DNA of 64,000 nucleotides from Sulfurospirillaceae bacterium. GTDB lineage: Bacteria; Campylobacterota; Campylobacteria; Campylobacterales; Sulfurospirillaceae. Position 1 is the first letter of the stretch, and every line of letters starts with the position of its first letter. Shown here piece by piece: positions 28,221-37,026 of this stretch. The position numbers and the translations under genes are program-made. Location of the stretch: positions 64,001-128,000 of the forward strand of contig JAWVXD010000004.1 of NCBI GenBank assembly GCA_033723415.1, read 5' to 3'. The notes beneath the pieces were generated by a model that worked only from the letters and a program-made list of their open reading frames with translations, had not been told where the DNA came from and did no database searches.

Positions 28221-29342
28221 ATGAGTCAAAAGATCACGCTTGCTTTGTTGGTGATGGCAACCTCGCTCTTTGCAGATTCTCAAGTTAACATCAGCAATAC
28301 AAACTTTACGCTCAGGCAGAGCAATACCACATACAATTACGACCGTCTGCGTTTGAGTGATAACTACACTCAAGGCGATTACTACCTGAGTTTCATCGGA
28401 GATCTGGTCAATTACTACGGACACGGCTATGTAAAAAGTGTGGATTTTAGCTATATCAAAGCTCTAAAATCCGATACGAACTTTGCCACGCAGACTTCTT
28501 TTTACGATTATGGAAGCGGTGTTGCGTATGCCAAGATGTATCGTTTTTACGCAGGCTTTGCAGATGAAAAGAACAATATCGCACTTGGACTGCAAAATAT
28601 CCCGATGGGTGTGGGGAAATTTTGGAATCCGACCAACATCTTCAATCCGCAAAATGCCTATGCCCTAGAGCCAGATGAAGTTTTTGGCGTTATGGCGCTA
28701 AGCTACACAAGAAGCCTAAGTCCCACGAGCAGTGTCCGCATCGTCGCATCCCAAAGAAAAAACAACACGTTAAAATATGCCCTAAGATATAAGACCTTTG
28801 TGAAAATAGCCGACTTCGCAGTCGATGTCATAAAATCCGATGACACCACGATGCTAGGTTATGAGATACAAGGCAATCTGGCAAAAACCGGGATCGAATT
28901 GCAAAGTGAGGGTGCATACATAAAATCTTCGATAAAAACCACTGAGTCTCAAAGAGAAAATCAAGAGTTTTACCAAGCGACCTTGGGAGCCGATTATGGT
29001 TTTGTCAACGGTGTAACCGTGACTACCGAAATATTGTACAGCTCCAAGACATTTGATAGTTCGCAAATTCTTTTAAATTACAATTCAGAGATCGCGACCA
29101 ATCTCACAGACTCAAACGTTCACCTTGCATTCTCGCTATCGTATGATTTTAACATCTTTTTATCAGGTTCCATGACCTATATAGAAGCTCTAAACAGATC
29201 AAAATCAAAGTTTTTCTCCCCTGCTATCACCTACACGCTAAACGATTACAATACTTTTACTTTAGGAGGGATGATCTATAACAAATCTCAAGATAGTAGA
29301 TCCACCGATACCTATTATCTGAAATATGCCCTCTCCTTTTAA
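28221..29342 (+). CDS. Putative outer-membrane beta-barrel protein
   Basis: Signal peptide; amphipathic Tyr/Phe-rich strands; C-terminal YxLxF; start refined to ATG 28221. Confidence 0.65.
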   Translation: MSQKITLALLVMATSLFADSQVNISNTNFTLRQSNTTYNYDRLRLSDNYTQGDYYLSFIGDLVNYYGHGYVKSVDFSYIKALKSDTNFATQTSFYDYGSGVAYAKMYRFYAGFADEKNNIALGLQNIPMGVGKFWNPTNIFNPQNAYALEPDEVFGVMALSYTRSLSPTSSVRIVASQRKNNTLKYALRYKTFVKIADFAVDVIKSDDTTMLGYEIQGNLAKTGIELQSEGAYIKSSIKTTESQRENQEFYQATLGADYGFVNGVTVTTEILYSSKTFDSSQILLNYNSEIATNLTDSNVHLAFSLSYDFNIFLSGSMTYIEALNRSKSKFFSPAITYTLNDYNTFTLGGMIYNKSQDSRSTDTYYLKYALSF

Positions 29343-29410
29343 ATCCCTATCATGTGAGGGAAGCTTAATCATGACTTCGCTAAAATTATGAAAAATTTAT
29401 AGGAAATATT

Positions 29411-30181
29411 ATGTCTCTCTCACATCAGCTCTTTGAAATAGCCATGCAGTGCCGCGAACTCTTTATAAAAGGATTTTATGCTAACAACAATGTAGATTAT
29501 AAAGGTACGGTCGATCTGGTTACAGAGTATGATCAAGAGATCGAGAAACAATTGACAGCGAAGCTTCAAGTTGCATTTCCTGAGTATGTGATAGTTGGAG
29601 AAGAAAATACCAAAGAGATCTCTTATCCGCCACGCGCGATCTACATAGATCCGATCGACGGTACGACCAACTTCGTACACGGCATCCCGCATTGTGCCAT
29701 CAGCATCGGCATGTGGGAAAACGGCGCACCCGTAGCCGGAGTTGTTTACAATCCGATACTAGATGAATGCTTTCGGGCAGACATAGGCAAAGGTGCTTTT
29801 CTAAATGATAAAGCAATACACGTCTCTAAGCAAAATGTACTCCAACAATCACTCCTTGCAACGGGATTTCCATATACAAAAGTACAAAAAAGCAAAGATT
29901 ACGAATGGGTACTAAAGTGTATGGCAAATCTTTTACCGATTACGCGTGACATCAGACGATTTGGAGCGGCGTCTTTGGATCTTTGTTACCTTGCCAAAGG
30001 CACTTTTGATGCTTACTACGAGTGCAATCTCAAACCTTGGGATGTAAGTGCGGGTGTTTTGATCCTACAAGAAGCCGGAGGCATCTATACAAATGAAAAC
30101 GGAGCACCGTACACTTTAGATGATCACATCATCGTAGCCAGCAACGCCTTGATCCATGAGGCACTTTTAGAGCATCTTTAG
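29411..30181 (+). CDS. suhB: Inositol monophosphatase family protein
   Basis: DLVTEYD, GEE, IDPIDGTTNF, RRFGAASLDLC, PWDVSAG. Confidence 0.92.
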   Translation: MSLSHQLFEIAMQCRELFIKGFYANNNVDYKGTVDLVTEYDQEIEKQLTAKLQVAFPEYVIVGEENTKEISYPPRAIYIDPIDGTTNFVHGIPHCAISIGMWENGAPVAGVVYNPILDECFRADIGKGAFLNDKAIHVSKQNVLQQSLLATGFPYTKVQKSKDYEWVLKCMANLLPITRDIRRFGAASLDLCYLAKGTFDAYYECNLKPWDVSAGVLILQEAGGIYTNENGAPYTLDDHIIVASNALIHEALLEHL

Positions 30182-30194
30182 AAAAGGCGTGCTT

Positions 30195-30776
30195 TTACTT
30201 TGGTAATTTTTCGATCACTTCCTTAACCGAGCCTAATTCGCCGATTCTCGGGAAGATGTATTTGATGCTGTGATCGTGTGCTTCTAAGACTCTATCCGTT
30301 GTAGCATCAAGCGCAAATGTCAGGTTGTAGCCAAGTTCACTGGCAGCACGAGCGGTTCCTTCTACTCCGATACTGGTCGATATACCTGCAAGCACGATGC
30401 CGGTAACATTTTTCTCTTGCAATTTTCGATGAAGTGCCGTGTTGTAAAATGCATTCCAAGTGTTTTTTGTGACATAAATATCTTTTGGTGTTTTATCAAG
30501 TACAGGCGTGATCTCTAAAAATGCGTCAAGTTTCTCTTCAGTATCCAACATCTTGCTCATATCGGCTGCGACTTCCGCTCTCACACGTGTCCAAGTCGCC
30601 CCGATCGGATTGACATTGACGAAAATGATCGGTAACTTTGCGGCACGAAATGCCTGGATGAGTTCGTTTGCTTTTGCGAGAATGCTATCTGTAGGATGTG
30701 CTTTTTCACCCGCTATGATGCCTTGCTGCAAATCTATCAAAACAAGCGCAGTTTTTTTATCTATCTCTGTAATCAT
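30195..30776 (-). CDS. Isochorismatase-family hydrolase
   Basis: TALVLIDLQ, KNTWNAF, GISTSIGVEGTAR; start refined to ATG 30776. Confidence 0.9.
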   Translation of the reverse strand: MITEIDKKTALVLIDLQQGIIAGEKAHPTDSILAKANELIQAFRAAKLPIIFVNVNPIGATWTRVRAEVAADMSKMLDTEEKLDAFLEITPVLDKTPKDIYVTKNTWNAFYNTALHRKLQEKNVTGIVLAGISTSIGVEGTARAASELGYNLTFALDATTDRVLEAHDHSIKYIFPRIGELGSVKEVIEKLPK

Positions 30777-30931
30777 AACAATATCCTTCAATTTTATCTT
30801 AGAGGTACACTTATGATTATAATCTTACATTCTTTATAATTCAATAAAATATTACTAATTAGTGGAATAATTTTTGCTTGCAAACCAAATCTACACGAAT
30901 GTGTGGAGAATCTTTACAAATGGAGGTCATA

Positions 30932-31459
30932 GTGACAGTAAACAGTGCAACGCAAGCATACGTAAACTCGTATAATAAGCAAAGTCAAAGCGATGTTAGC
31001 CCTGCTGCATCAAGTAATTTTGATGCGATGATGCAAAACATCAGCGGAAAATTGTTGAACTCTATGGACACAAATGGTAACGGCTCGATCGACAAAACGG
31101 AATTTAGCGCTGCAGCCAAACAGCTAGCTCAAAATTCTTCGAGTATTGATAGTGCGTTTAAGGCGATAGATACAAACTCTGATGGAAGTATCGACAGCAG
31201 TGAATTGGCAAAAGCACTTGAGCAGACCATAAGCACGAATCATATGCATAGACATAGACATCATCATATCCATGCTCAAAGCGGAGCGAGCGGTATGGCG
31301 TCTCTTGCTTCAGGGCAAGCACAAACAGTGTCAGGATCTCAAGTCGCACAAACATCTTCAAATCAAGAGAATTTACAATCCGTACTACTCGACAAAATTC
31401 TCTCTGCTTACGATGCCAATGCCAAAAACAGTACGAGCAATATAAACTTATCCGTATAA
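30932..31459 (+). CDS. EF-hand domain protein with a His-rich tract
   Basis: Two canonical loops DTNGNGSIDKTE and DTNSDGSIDSSE; HMHRHRHHHIH; GTG start at 30932 with GGAGG SD. Confidence 0.8.
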   Translation: MTVNSATQAYVNSYNKQSQSDVSPAASSNFDAMMQNISGKLLNSMDTNGNGSIDKTEFSAAAKQLAQNSSSIDSAFKAIDTNSDGSIDSSELAKALEQTISTNHMHRHRHHHIHAQSGASGMASLASGQAQTVSGSQVAQTSSNQENLQSVLLDKILSAYDANAKNSTSNINLSV

Positions 31460-31463
31460 GTCA

Positions 31464-32303
31464 TTGTATCGCTATCATTTTACAATTTTCACAACACCTT
31501 GTGAATTATATATCGGCGCGGCAAGCAAGCTTGCTGCCGATAATGCGATGCAAAAAGTATTTGCCGGGGCAAAAGCCTTGGAAGAAAAATATAATTACTT
31601 CAAAAATTCCTCACAACTCTACCAAGTAAACAATAGATCACACAATGAACTGGAGTTAGATACTGAGTTTATCGGTATACTAAAGCTGTGCCTGTTTTAC
31701 ACCTCAATCACAGAAGGCGCATTTGATATCGCTATGGCCGGGACTTTAAAAGAGCTAAACCTTGCAAAATCTGCAAAAGAGTATGAAAAAAAACTAAAAA
31801 AACTGCTCCCTTTTGCATCTTCAAAAGAGATCAAAATTCAAGACAATAGAGTGATCTTTTCAAATGATTTGACTAAAATAGATTTTGGAGGGGTTGTCAA
31901 AGAATATGCAGCAGATCAATCCATACTAACACTTAAAAAAGAAGGTATAGATTCAGCACTGGTAAATTTTGGAGGAGATATCGCGACTTTAGGCTGTTGT
32001 GATACCGAAAAATGGCGTATCGGGATACAAGATCCAAAAAATGCAGATAAAAATATAAATATCATAGAGCTGGATGGAAACTCACTTTGTACTTCAGGTC
32101 ACTCAAAAAGATTTAAAAAAATAGACGGCAAAAAGATCTCTCACATAATCGCCAAAAAGAAAAACAATATAGAGCAGATCAGTATCATAGCACCAACTAC
32201 GGTCGATGCAGGTATCTGGAGCACGGCTATGCTCGTGAATCCAACACTTTTACCCCCTGCTCATCTGCAAGTTACAAATATAACTTATACAGATGAGGAT
32301 TAG
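31464..32303 (+). CDS. apbE: FAD:protein FMN transferase
   Basis: TEGAFDI, IDFGGVVKEYAAD, VNFGGDI, WRIGIQDP, CTSG motifs; no signal peptide. Confidence 0.88.
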   Translation: MYRYHFTIFTTPCELYIGAASKLAADNAMQKVFAGAKALEEKYNYFKNSSQLYQVNNRSHNELELDTEFIGILKLCLFYTSITEGAFDIAMAGTLKELNLAKSAKEYEKKLKKLLPFASSKEIKIQDNRVIFSNDLTKIDFGGVVKEYAADQSILTLKKEGIDSALVNFGGDIATLGCCDTEKWRIGIQDPKNADKNINIIELDGNSLCTSGHSKRFKKIDGKKISHIIAKKKNNIEQISIIAPTTVDAGIWSTAMLVNPTLLPPAHLQVTNITYTDED

Positions 32304-32318
32304 GGTTTATTTATAATA

Positions 32319-32753
32319 TCACTGTGGATATGAAACTACGTGAACATTTTTTAATTTGTTATCTACTATAGTGTACTCGATCTGTGTCCCAAGGCGTAAT
32401 CTTTGTCTTACGTAACAGACATGACCATCATCCAGGGTTGTCTTATAGGCTTCTATCTCATTATTTGATAAAGCACCTATGATTCCGCCGATTGCCGCAC
32501 CTATCAAAGCACCTTTGGCATTATCTCCACCAACCAGTGCTCCACCTACCGCACCGACACCGACACCCGTTAAAACTGCTACTTGAGAGTTATCAATGAT
32601 AACTTTTTGCTGGGATATGACATAAGCTTGATGAAAAACTCTCTCTACCCTATTTCCATCCGGTGTATTTACCGCCATCCCATTGCTTGCACAACCTGAG
32701 AAAAATATCGAAATTGCAGATACGAAAATTGCGCTAAATATTAGCTTCTTCAT
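32319..32753 (-). CDS. Glycine-zipper lipoprotein
   Basis: Lipobox FSGC; GVGVGAVGGALVG...GALIGAAIGGIIG. Confidence 0.8.
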   Translation of the reverse strand: MKKLIFSAIFVSAISIFFSGCASNGMAVNTPDGNRVERVFHQAYVISQQKVIIDNSQVAVLTGVGVGAVGGALVGGDNAKGALIGAAIGGIIGALSNNEIEAYKTTLDDGHVCYVRQRLRLGTQIEYTIVDNKLKNVHVVSYPQ

Positions 32754-33198
32754 TATAAAACTCCTTGTTTTCTGTTGCTTTTATAGATGTATCTTTCATG
32801 ATATTATTCCATTTTTTGTCAAACAATTTCTTAACAAAAGCACTCTTATGAGGAACTATGCAGTTCGAGCAATCTTGATGCAAGGCACCCTCACTCTCAA
32901 AGAAGGAGCCGTTTTTGTGATTGATAGAGCAAAAACTGTACAGTGTCTTTTCTCCTACCTTTTTAACACCTTTATCATCAAATCTAAAGTGAGGACAGGC
33001 ACAAAGGTAACAATTGAGATGCTTCATGTCATGGCATTTTTTATTCTCGGCATAAAGAAAACAAAAATCAGGTTCTTGCTGCTTCATGTTGTCATAATCA
33101 AAATACTCTATGATCTCATCGTCACTCTTGCCATCGAGTTTTGCGATAATCTCGGCGTGTTTTTTGGCGTGCTCGTCACACCACTCTTGATAGGTCAT
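32734..33198 (-). CDS. Cysteine-rich small-domain (zinc-finger-like) protein
   Basis: CH...LNCYLCACPHF...DCSNCIVPH pattern. Confidence 0.7.
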   Translation of the reverse strand: MTYQEWCDEHAKKHAEIIAKLDGKSDDEIIEYFDYDNMKQQEPDFCFLYAENKKCHDMKHLNCYLCACPHFRFDDKGVKKVGEKTLYSFCSINHKNGSFFESEGALHQDCSNCIVPHKSAFVKKLFDKKWNNIMKDTSIKATENKEFYNEEANI

Positions 33199-33344
33199 AT
33201 CTTTCCTTGAAAATTTTCACTTAAAAATCCGAATCTCGTTTCATTGTTTCTCTTGGATTAAAAGTACATCTCTTTTGTGATTATATATAAAATTTGATTA
33301 AATATTTGTGGTAAGATATTATATGTGATCAAGACGGAGATTTT

Positions 33345-35171
33345 ATGAAAACAACAATTAAAAATTTTGAAGATACGGCTTTTGCGCATCAGCTCTTTAT
33401 GAACTTTGAATCTTTAAAACCCTCTATGAAAGATTTGATTGCGTTTCATAAGAGTCATAAATTCTTTCTACAATCAAAAGATGAGCTCCTTTATAGAAAA
33501 CTGGGAAAGCTGGTGGGCAATCATGACAACAAGCCTTTTGATGAACTCTTGAGTGAATACAAAACGATCTTTTTACAAGCTCTCTCTAAAGAAAGAGATG
33601 CCAAAACGGCAAAAAATGCGCTCCAGCATATGGCAGGTTTCATCAAAACCGATCTAACAAAGACAGAAAAAACCTTGCTTCACACACAGATAGACGCGTT
33701 TGCAAATAAAGAGGTTTCTATCACGCTGCCTTTGAGTACTCTCAGATCCTATGCGCTCAAATACAACTGCACGTATCTCTTAGAACAAAGCCTTTTAAGC
33801 ACTTACTTAGAAGCGTTTCCACCAAGACGTATCCTTTGGTTTAGACGCGATCTCAGGACCACGGACAATCCTCTTTTGTGCTATGAGGGAGAGGTTTTGC
33901 CTATATTTATATTTGATTCAAACATACTGGATTCTCTAGAGCCTAGCGATAAAAGAGTCTCTTATGTCTTTTACTTTGTCAGCACTCTCAAACAAGAACT
34001 TATAAAAAAAGGACTTGATCTCAAAATTTTTTACGGGAAACCCAAAAGTGTATTTGAGTATCTAAATTACGATATCTTTGATGAGGTCATAGCAAACGTA
34101 GATTATGATAGCTATGCTACAAAACGTGATGCGGAAATCTCTGCTTTAATGGACTTCAAACGGTTGTATGACACCTATATTTTTGAACCAAACGAGATCT
34201 TAAAAAAGGATCTTAGCCCATATCTTGTGTTTACTCCTTTTTACAACAAGGCTTTAGATCTTCTAGAAGAAAAGTACAAAAAATTTGATACCACTTTAAC
34301 GTCGCAAACATTGTATGAGACTGATTATACGGGTATCACATCCATAAAAAACAAAAGAGCAAAACATCTACCTTTGACTTTGGAAAGTATCGGTTTTAGG
34401 GAACAACCCGTGATCAAGACGGATCCTCATGACACACTAGATTTGTTTGTAGATAAGCTCAAAGATTATAAAGAAAAAAGAGATTACCTTGATATTGACG
34501 GGACATCCTCCCTGAGCGTTGCGTTGAGATTTGGAACGTTGTCGGTACGTGAGATACTAAGAGAGATCAAAGGGAAGAAAGGCTCAGAAGCGTTTATCAG
34601 GCAGCTGATATTTCGTGATTTTTATGCGTATCTGCTGTATCATTTCCCGAGTCTTGAGCATACAAACTATAAATACCGATATAACGGTATCGAAGATCCC
34701 AAACGATTTGAAGCGTTTTGCAAAGGTGAAACGGGTGTACCCATCATCGATGCGGGGGTAAGAGAACTGCTGCAAACAGGTAAAATGCACAACCGCGTCC
34801 GCATGATAACGGCTTCATTTTTCACGAAAGACTTGCTGCTGCCTTGGCAGTGGGGTGAGGCTTTTTTTGCGAAATATCTGCTGGATTACGATGCGGCGTC
34901 AAATATCCTATCATGGCAATGGAGTTCCGGAACGGGTATCGATCCACAACCTTATTTTAGAATTTTCAATCCTTACTTGCAAGCCAAAAAGTTTGACAAA
35001 AATGCACATTACATCAAAAGATGGATCCATGAACTTGCTAATCTTGAAGCCGAAAATATTCATGATGAAGCATTTCTCAAAACACATCGTCAAGAAAACT
35101 ATCCCACACCGATAATAGACCACACTATGGCTTCAAAGAGAGCGCTTGATTACTTTAAATCACACAGATAA
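33345..35171 (+). CDS. phrB: CPD photolyase with an N-terminal DUF1722 (YbgA C-terminal) domain
   Basis: Residues ~1-155 match the DUF1722 pattern (FHxxHK, LGK, NALQHMAGF, EK, YLLEQ); then WFRRDLR, TGVPIIDAG, MHNRVRMITASF, WQWSSGTG and RIFNP photolyase motifs. Confidence 0.9.
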   Translation: MKTTIKNFEDTAFAHQLFMNFESLKPSMKDLIAFHKSHKFFLQSKDELLYRKLGKLVGNHDNKPFDELLSEYKTIFLQALSKERDAKTAKNALQHMAGFIKTDLTKTEKTLLHTQIDAFANKEVSITLPLSTLRSYALKYNCTYLLEQSLLSTYLEAFPPRRILWFRRDLRTTDNPLLCYEGEVLPIFIFDSNILDSLEPSDKRVSYVFYFVSTLKQELIKKGLDLKIFYGKPKSVFEYLNYDIFDEVIANVDYDSYATKRDAEISALMDFKRLYDTYIFEPNEILKKDLSPYLVFTPFYNKALDLLEEKYKKFDTTLTSQTLYETDYTGITSIKNKRAKHLPLTLESIGFREQPVIKTDPHDTLDLFVDKLKDYKEKRDYLDIDGTSSLSVALRFGTLSVREILREIKGKKGSEAFIRQLIFRDFYAYLLYHFPSLEHTNYKYRYNGIEDPKRFEAFCKGETGVPIIDAGVRELLQTGKMHNRVRMITASFFTKDLLLPWQWGEAFFAKYLLDYDAASNILSWQWSSGTGIDPQPYFRIFNPYLQAKKFDKNAHYIKRWIHELANLEAENIHDEAFLKTHRQENYPTPIIDHTMASKRALDYFKSHR

Positions 35172-35242
35172 AAGATAACAAACATTCCAAATAATATAGA
35201 CATATAGAAATTTGATGTATCATGATATTAAAGGAGTTAGTT

Positions 35243-35746
35243 ATGAAATACATCGTTTTAATGCTAGCCTATCTTTTTTCAGGGTGCAGCAGCAACTATC
35301 CGCATCTTGCAACAGTAGACAAAGTCGATCTAAATCGTTATCTTGGGACATGGTATGAAATCGCGAGATACGATCATGTATTTGAGCGTGGTTGTGTTAA
35401 TGTAAGTGCAACATATTCACTCAAGAAAAACGGCAAGATTCAAGTAGTAAACCGCTGCGAAACCTCAGAAGGCAAGCAAAAAGAAGCCATAGGCTCTGCT
35501 TACGCGGTGGATGATAGCAACAGCAAACTCAAAGTAACTTTTTTTTGGCCGTTTTACGGTAACTATTGGATCATAAAGTTAGATTCTAATTACACTTATG
35601 CCCTTATCGGAGATCCATCTAGAAAATACCTCTGGATCTTATCACGTACCAAAAAGCTTGATGAAGATGTGAAAGCCAAGCTCTTAAGCTCCTTGCCTGC
35701 TTTGGGTTACACACAAGACAAGCTCATCTGGACACCACAAAAATAA
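35243..35746 (+). CDS. blc: Outer-membrane lipocalin
   Basis: Lipobox FSGC; RYLGTWYEIAR, LKVTFFWPF, YLWILSR; start refined to ATG 35243 (AGGAG SD). Confidence 0.92.
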   Translation: MKYIVLMLAYLFSGCSSNYPHLATVDKVDLNRYLGTWYEIARYDHVFERGCVNVSATYSLKKNGKIQVVNRCETSEGKQKEAIGSAYAVDDSNSKLKVTFFWPFYGNYWIIKLDSNYTYALIGDPSRKYLWILSRTKKLDEDVKAKLLSSLPALGYTQDKLIWTPQK

Positions 35747-35755
35747 GGATAAACG

Positions 35756-36205
35756 ATGCAAATTTTTGAGAAAAGCTCTTTGTTAGATTGCGATATAGTA
35801 AAACTCTTTGATTTTCATCTCGATGTCAATAATCTCCAAAAGATCACACCTGCAAATATGCATGTAAGTCTTCTAAATCCCGATTTTGTGCCCAAACAAG
35901 GAGCCAGACTAAAGATAAAATCAACCAAATATATGCTTTCCAGTTATTGGGAGGTTGAGATACGAACGCTTCAATCTCCAAATCTGCTCGTTGATGTTGC
36001 GATAAAATCACCGTTTAGATCTTGGGAACACAGACATATCTTTACGCAAATCGGGAATCAATGCGAACTTAGGGACGTAGTGATGTTTGAGCTTCCTTTT
36101 GGATTTTTGGGCTCACTCTTGAATCCTCTTGTGCAAAAAGAGCTTAACAACATGTTTGAATTCAGGCATAATATCACAAAACAACTATTGAAGGAGGCAT
36201 CATGA
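35756..36205 (+). CDS. SRPBCC-family protein
   Basis: LFDFH...NLQKITP and [12 protein letters not shown] motifs. Confidence 0.85.
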   Translation: MQIFEKSSLLDCDIVKLFDFHLDVNNLQKITPANMHVSLLNPDFVPKQGARLKIKSTKYMLSSYWEVEIRTLQSPNLLVDVAIKSPFRSWEHRHIFTQIGNQCELRDVVMFELPFGFLGSLLNPLVQKELNNMFEFRHNITKQLLKEAS

Positions 36206-36735
36206 AATATCTCTTGGTAGCACTGGCACTCACTTTACATCTTTTTGGAGGTACAAATATGAGCATCTACGATATACAAGTCAAAACGATTGATGGTAAA
36301 ACGATCAAACTGGACAAATACAAAGGTCGCGTCATGTTGATCGTAAATGTCGCGAGCAAGTGTGGATTTACGCCACAATACAAGGGCTTGGAAGATTTAT
36401 ATGCCAAGTATCACGATAAGGGTCTCAGTATCCTAGGTTTTCCTTGCAATCAGTTTCTCTCTCAAGAACCAGGAACCAATCAAGAAATCCAGAAATTCTG
36501 CACTCTTACATATGGAGTCAAATTTGACATGTTCGCCAAGATCAACGTCAACGGCGATGAGGCACATCCGCTTTATAAATATCTCAAAGACAAAGAACCT
36601 GGATTTATGGGAACAGAATTTATCAAATGGAACTTTACAAAGTTTTTGGTAGATCGAAAAGGTAATGTAGTAAAAAGATATGCTCCATCAACGGAGCCAA
36701 AAGAGATAGAAAAAGATATAGAAAAATTACTCTAA
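36202..36735 (+). CDS. Cys-type glutathione peroxidase (BtuE/Gpx)
   Basis: [27 protein letters not shown]; signal-peptide-like N-terminus. Confidence 0.93.
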   Translation: MKYLLVALALTLHLFGGTNMSIYDIQVKTIDGKTIKLDKYKGRVMLIVNVASKCGFTPQYKGLEDLYAKYHDKGLSILGFPCNQFLSQEPGTNQEIQKFCTLTYGVKFDMFAKINVNGDEAHPLYKYLKDKEPGFMGTEFIKWNFTKFLVDRKGNVVKRYAPSTEPKEIEKDIEKLL

Positions 36736-36745
36736 AGGATAGATC

Positions 36746-37009
36746 ATGTTAAAAGAATTATTATACACGGGAGTAGGAGCAGCCGTAGTTTTCAAAGAAA
36801 AAGTAGAAGAAGAGATCAAAAAGCTCGAAGAAAAAGGCAAGATCAATACCAAAGATGCCAAAAGCTTTTTGGAATCCATCGAAAAAAAAGGCAAAGAAGA
36901 AGATGAAAGGATGAGAGAAAAACTAAAATCAACGTTAAAAGAGATCTTAGATGAATTAGGGATCGCCACTAAAGACGATCTTGAAAAATTAAAAGAGGAT
37001 CTAAAATAA
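36746..37009 (+). CDS. Phasin-like small coiled-coil protein
   Basis: LLYTGVGA...LEEKGKI...LGIATKDDL pattern; precedes a UbiB kinase. Confidence 0.7.
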   Translation: MLKELLYTGVGAAVVFKEKVEEEIKKLEEKGKINTKDAKSFLESIEKKGKEEDERMREKLKSTLKEILDELGIATKDDLEKLKEDLK

Positions 37010-37026
37010 AATCTTTTATCTATACT

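Noticed and set aside
36202..36735. Selenocysteine glutathione peroxidase
   Set aside because: The active-site codon is TGT (Cys) in ASKCG.
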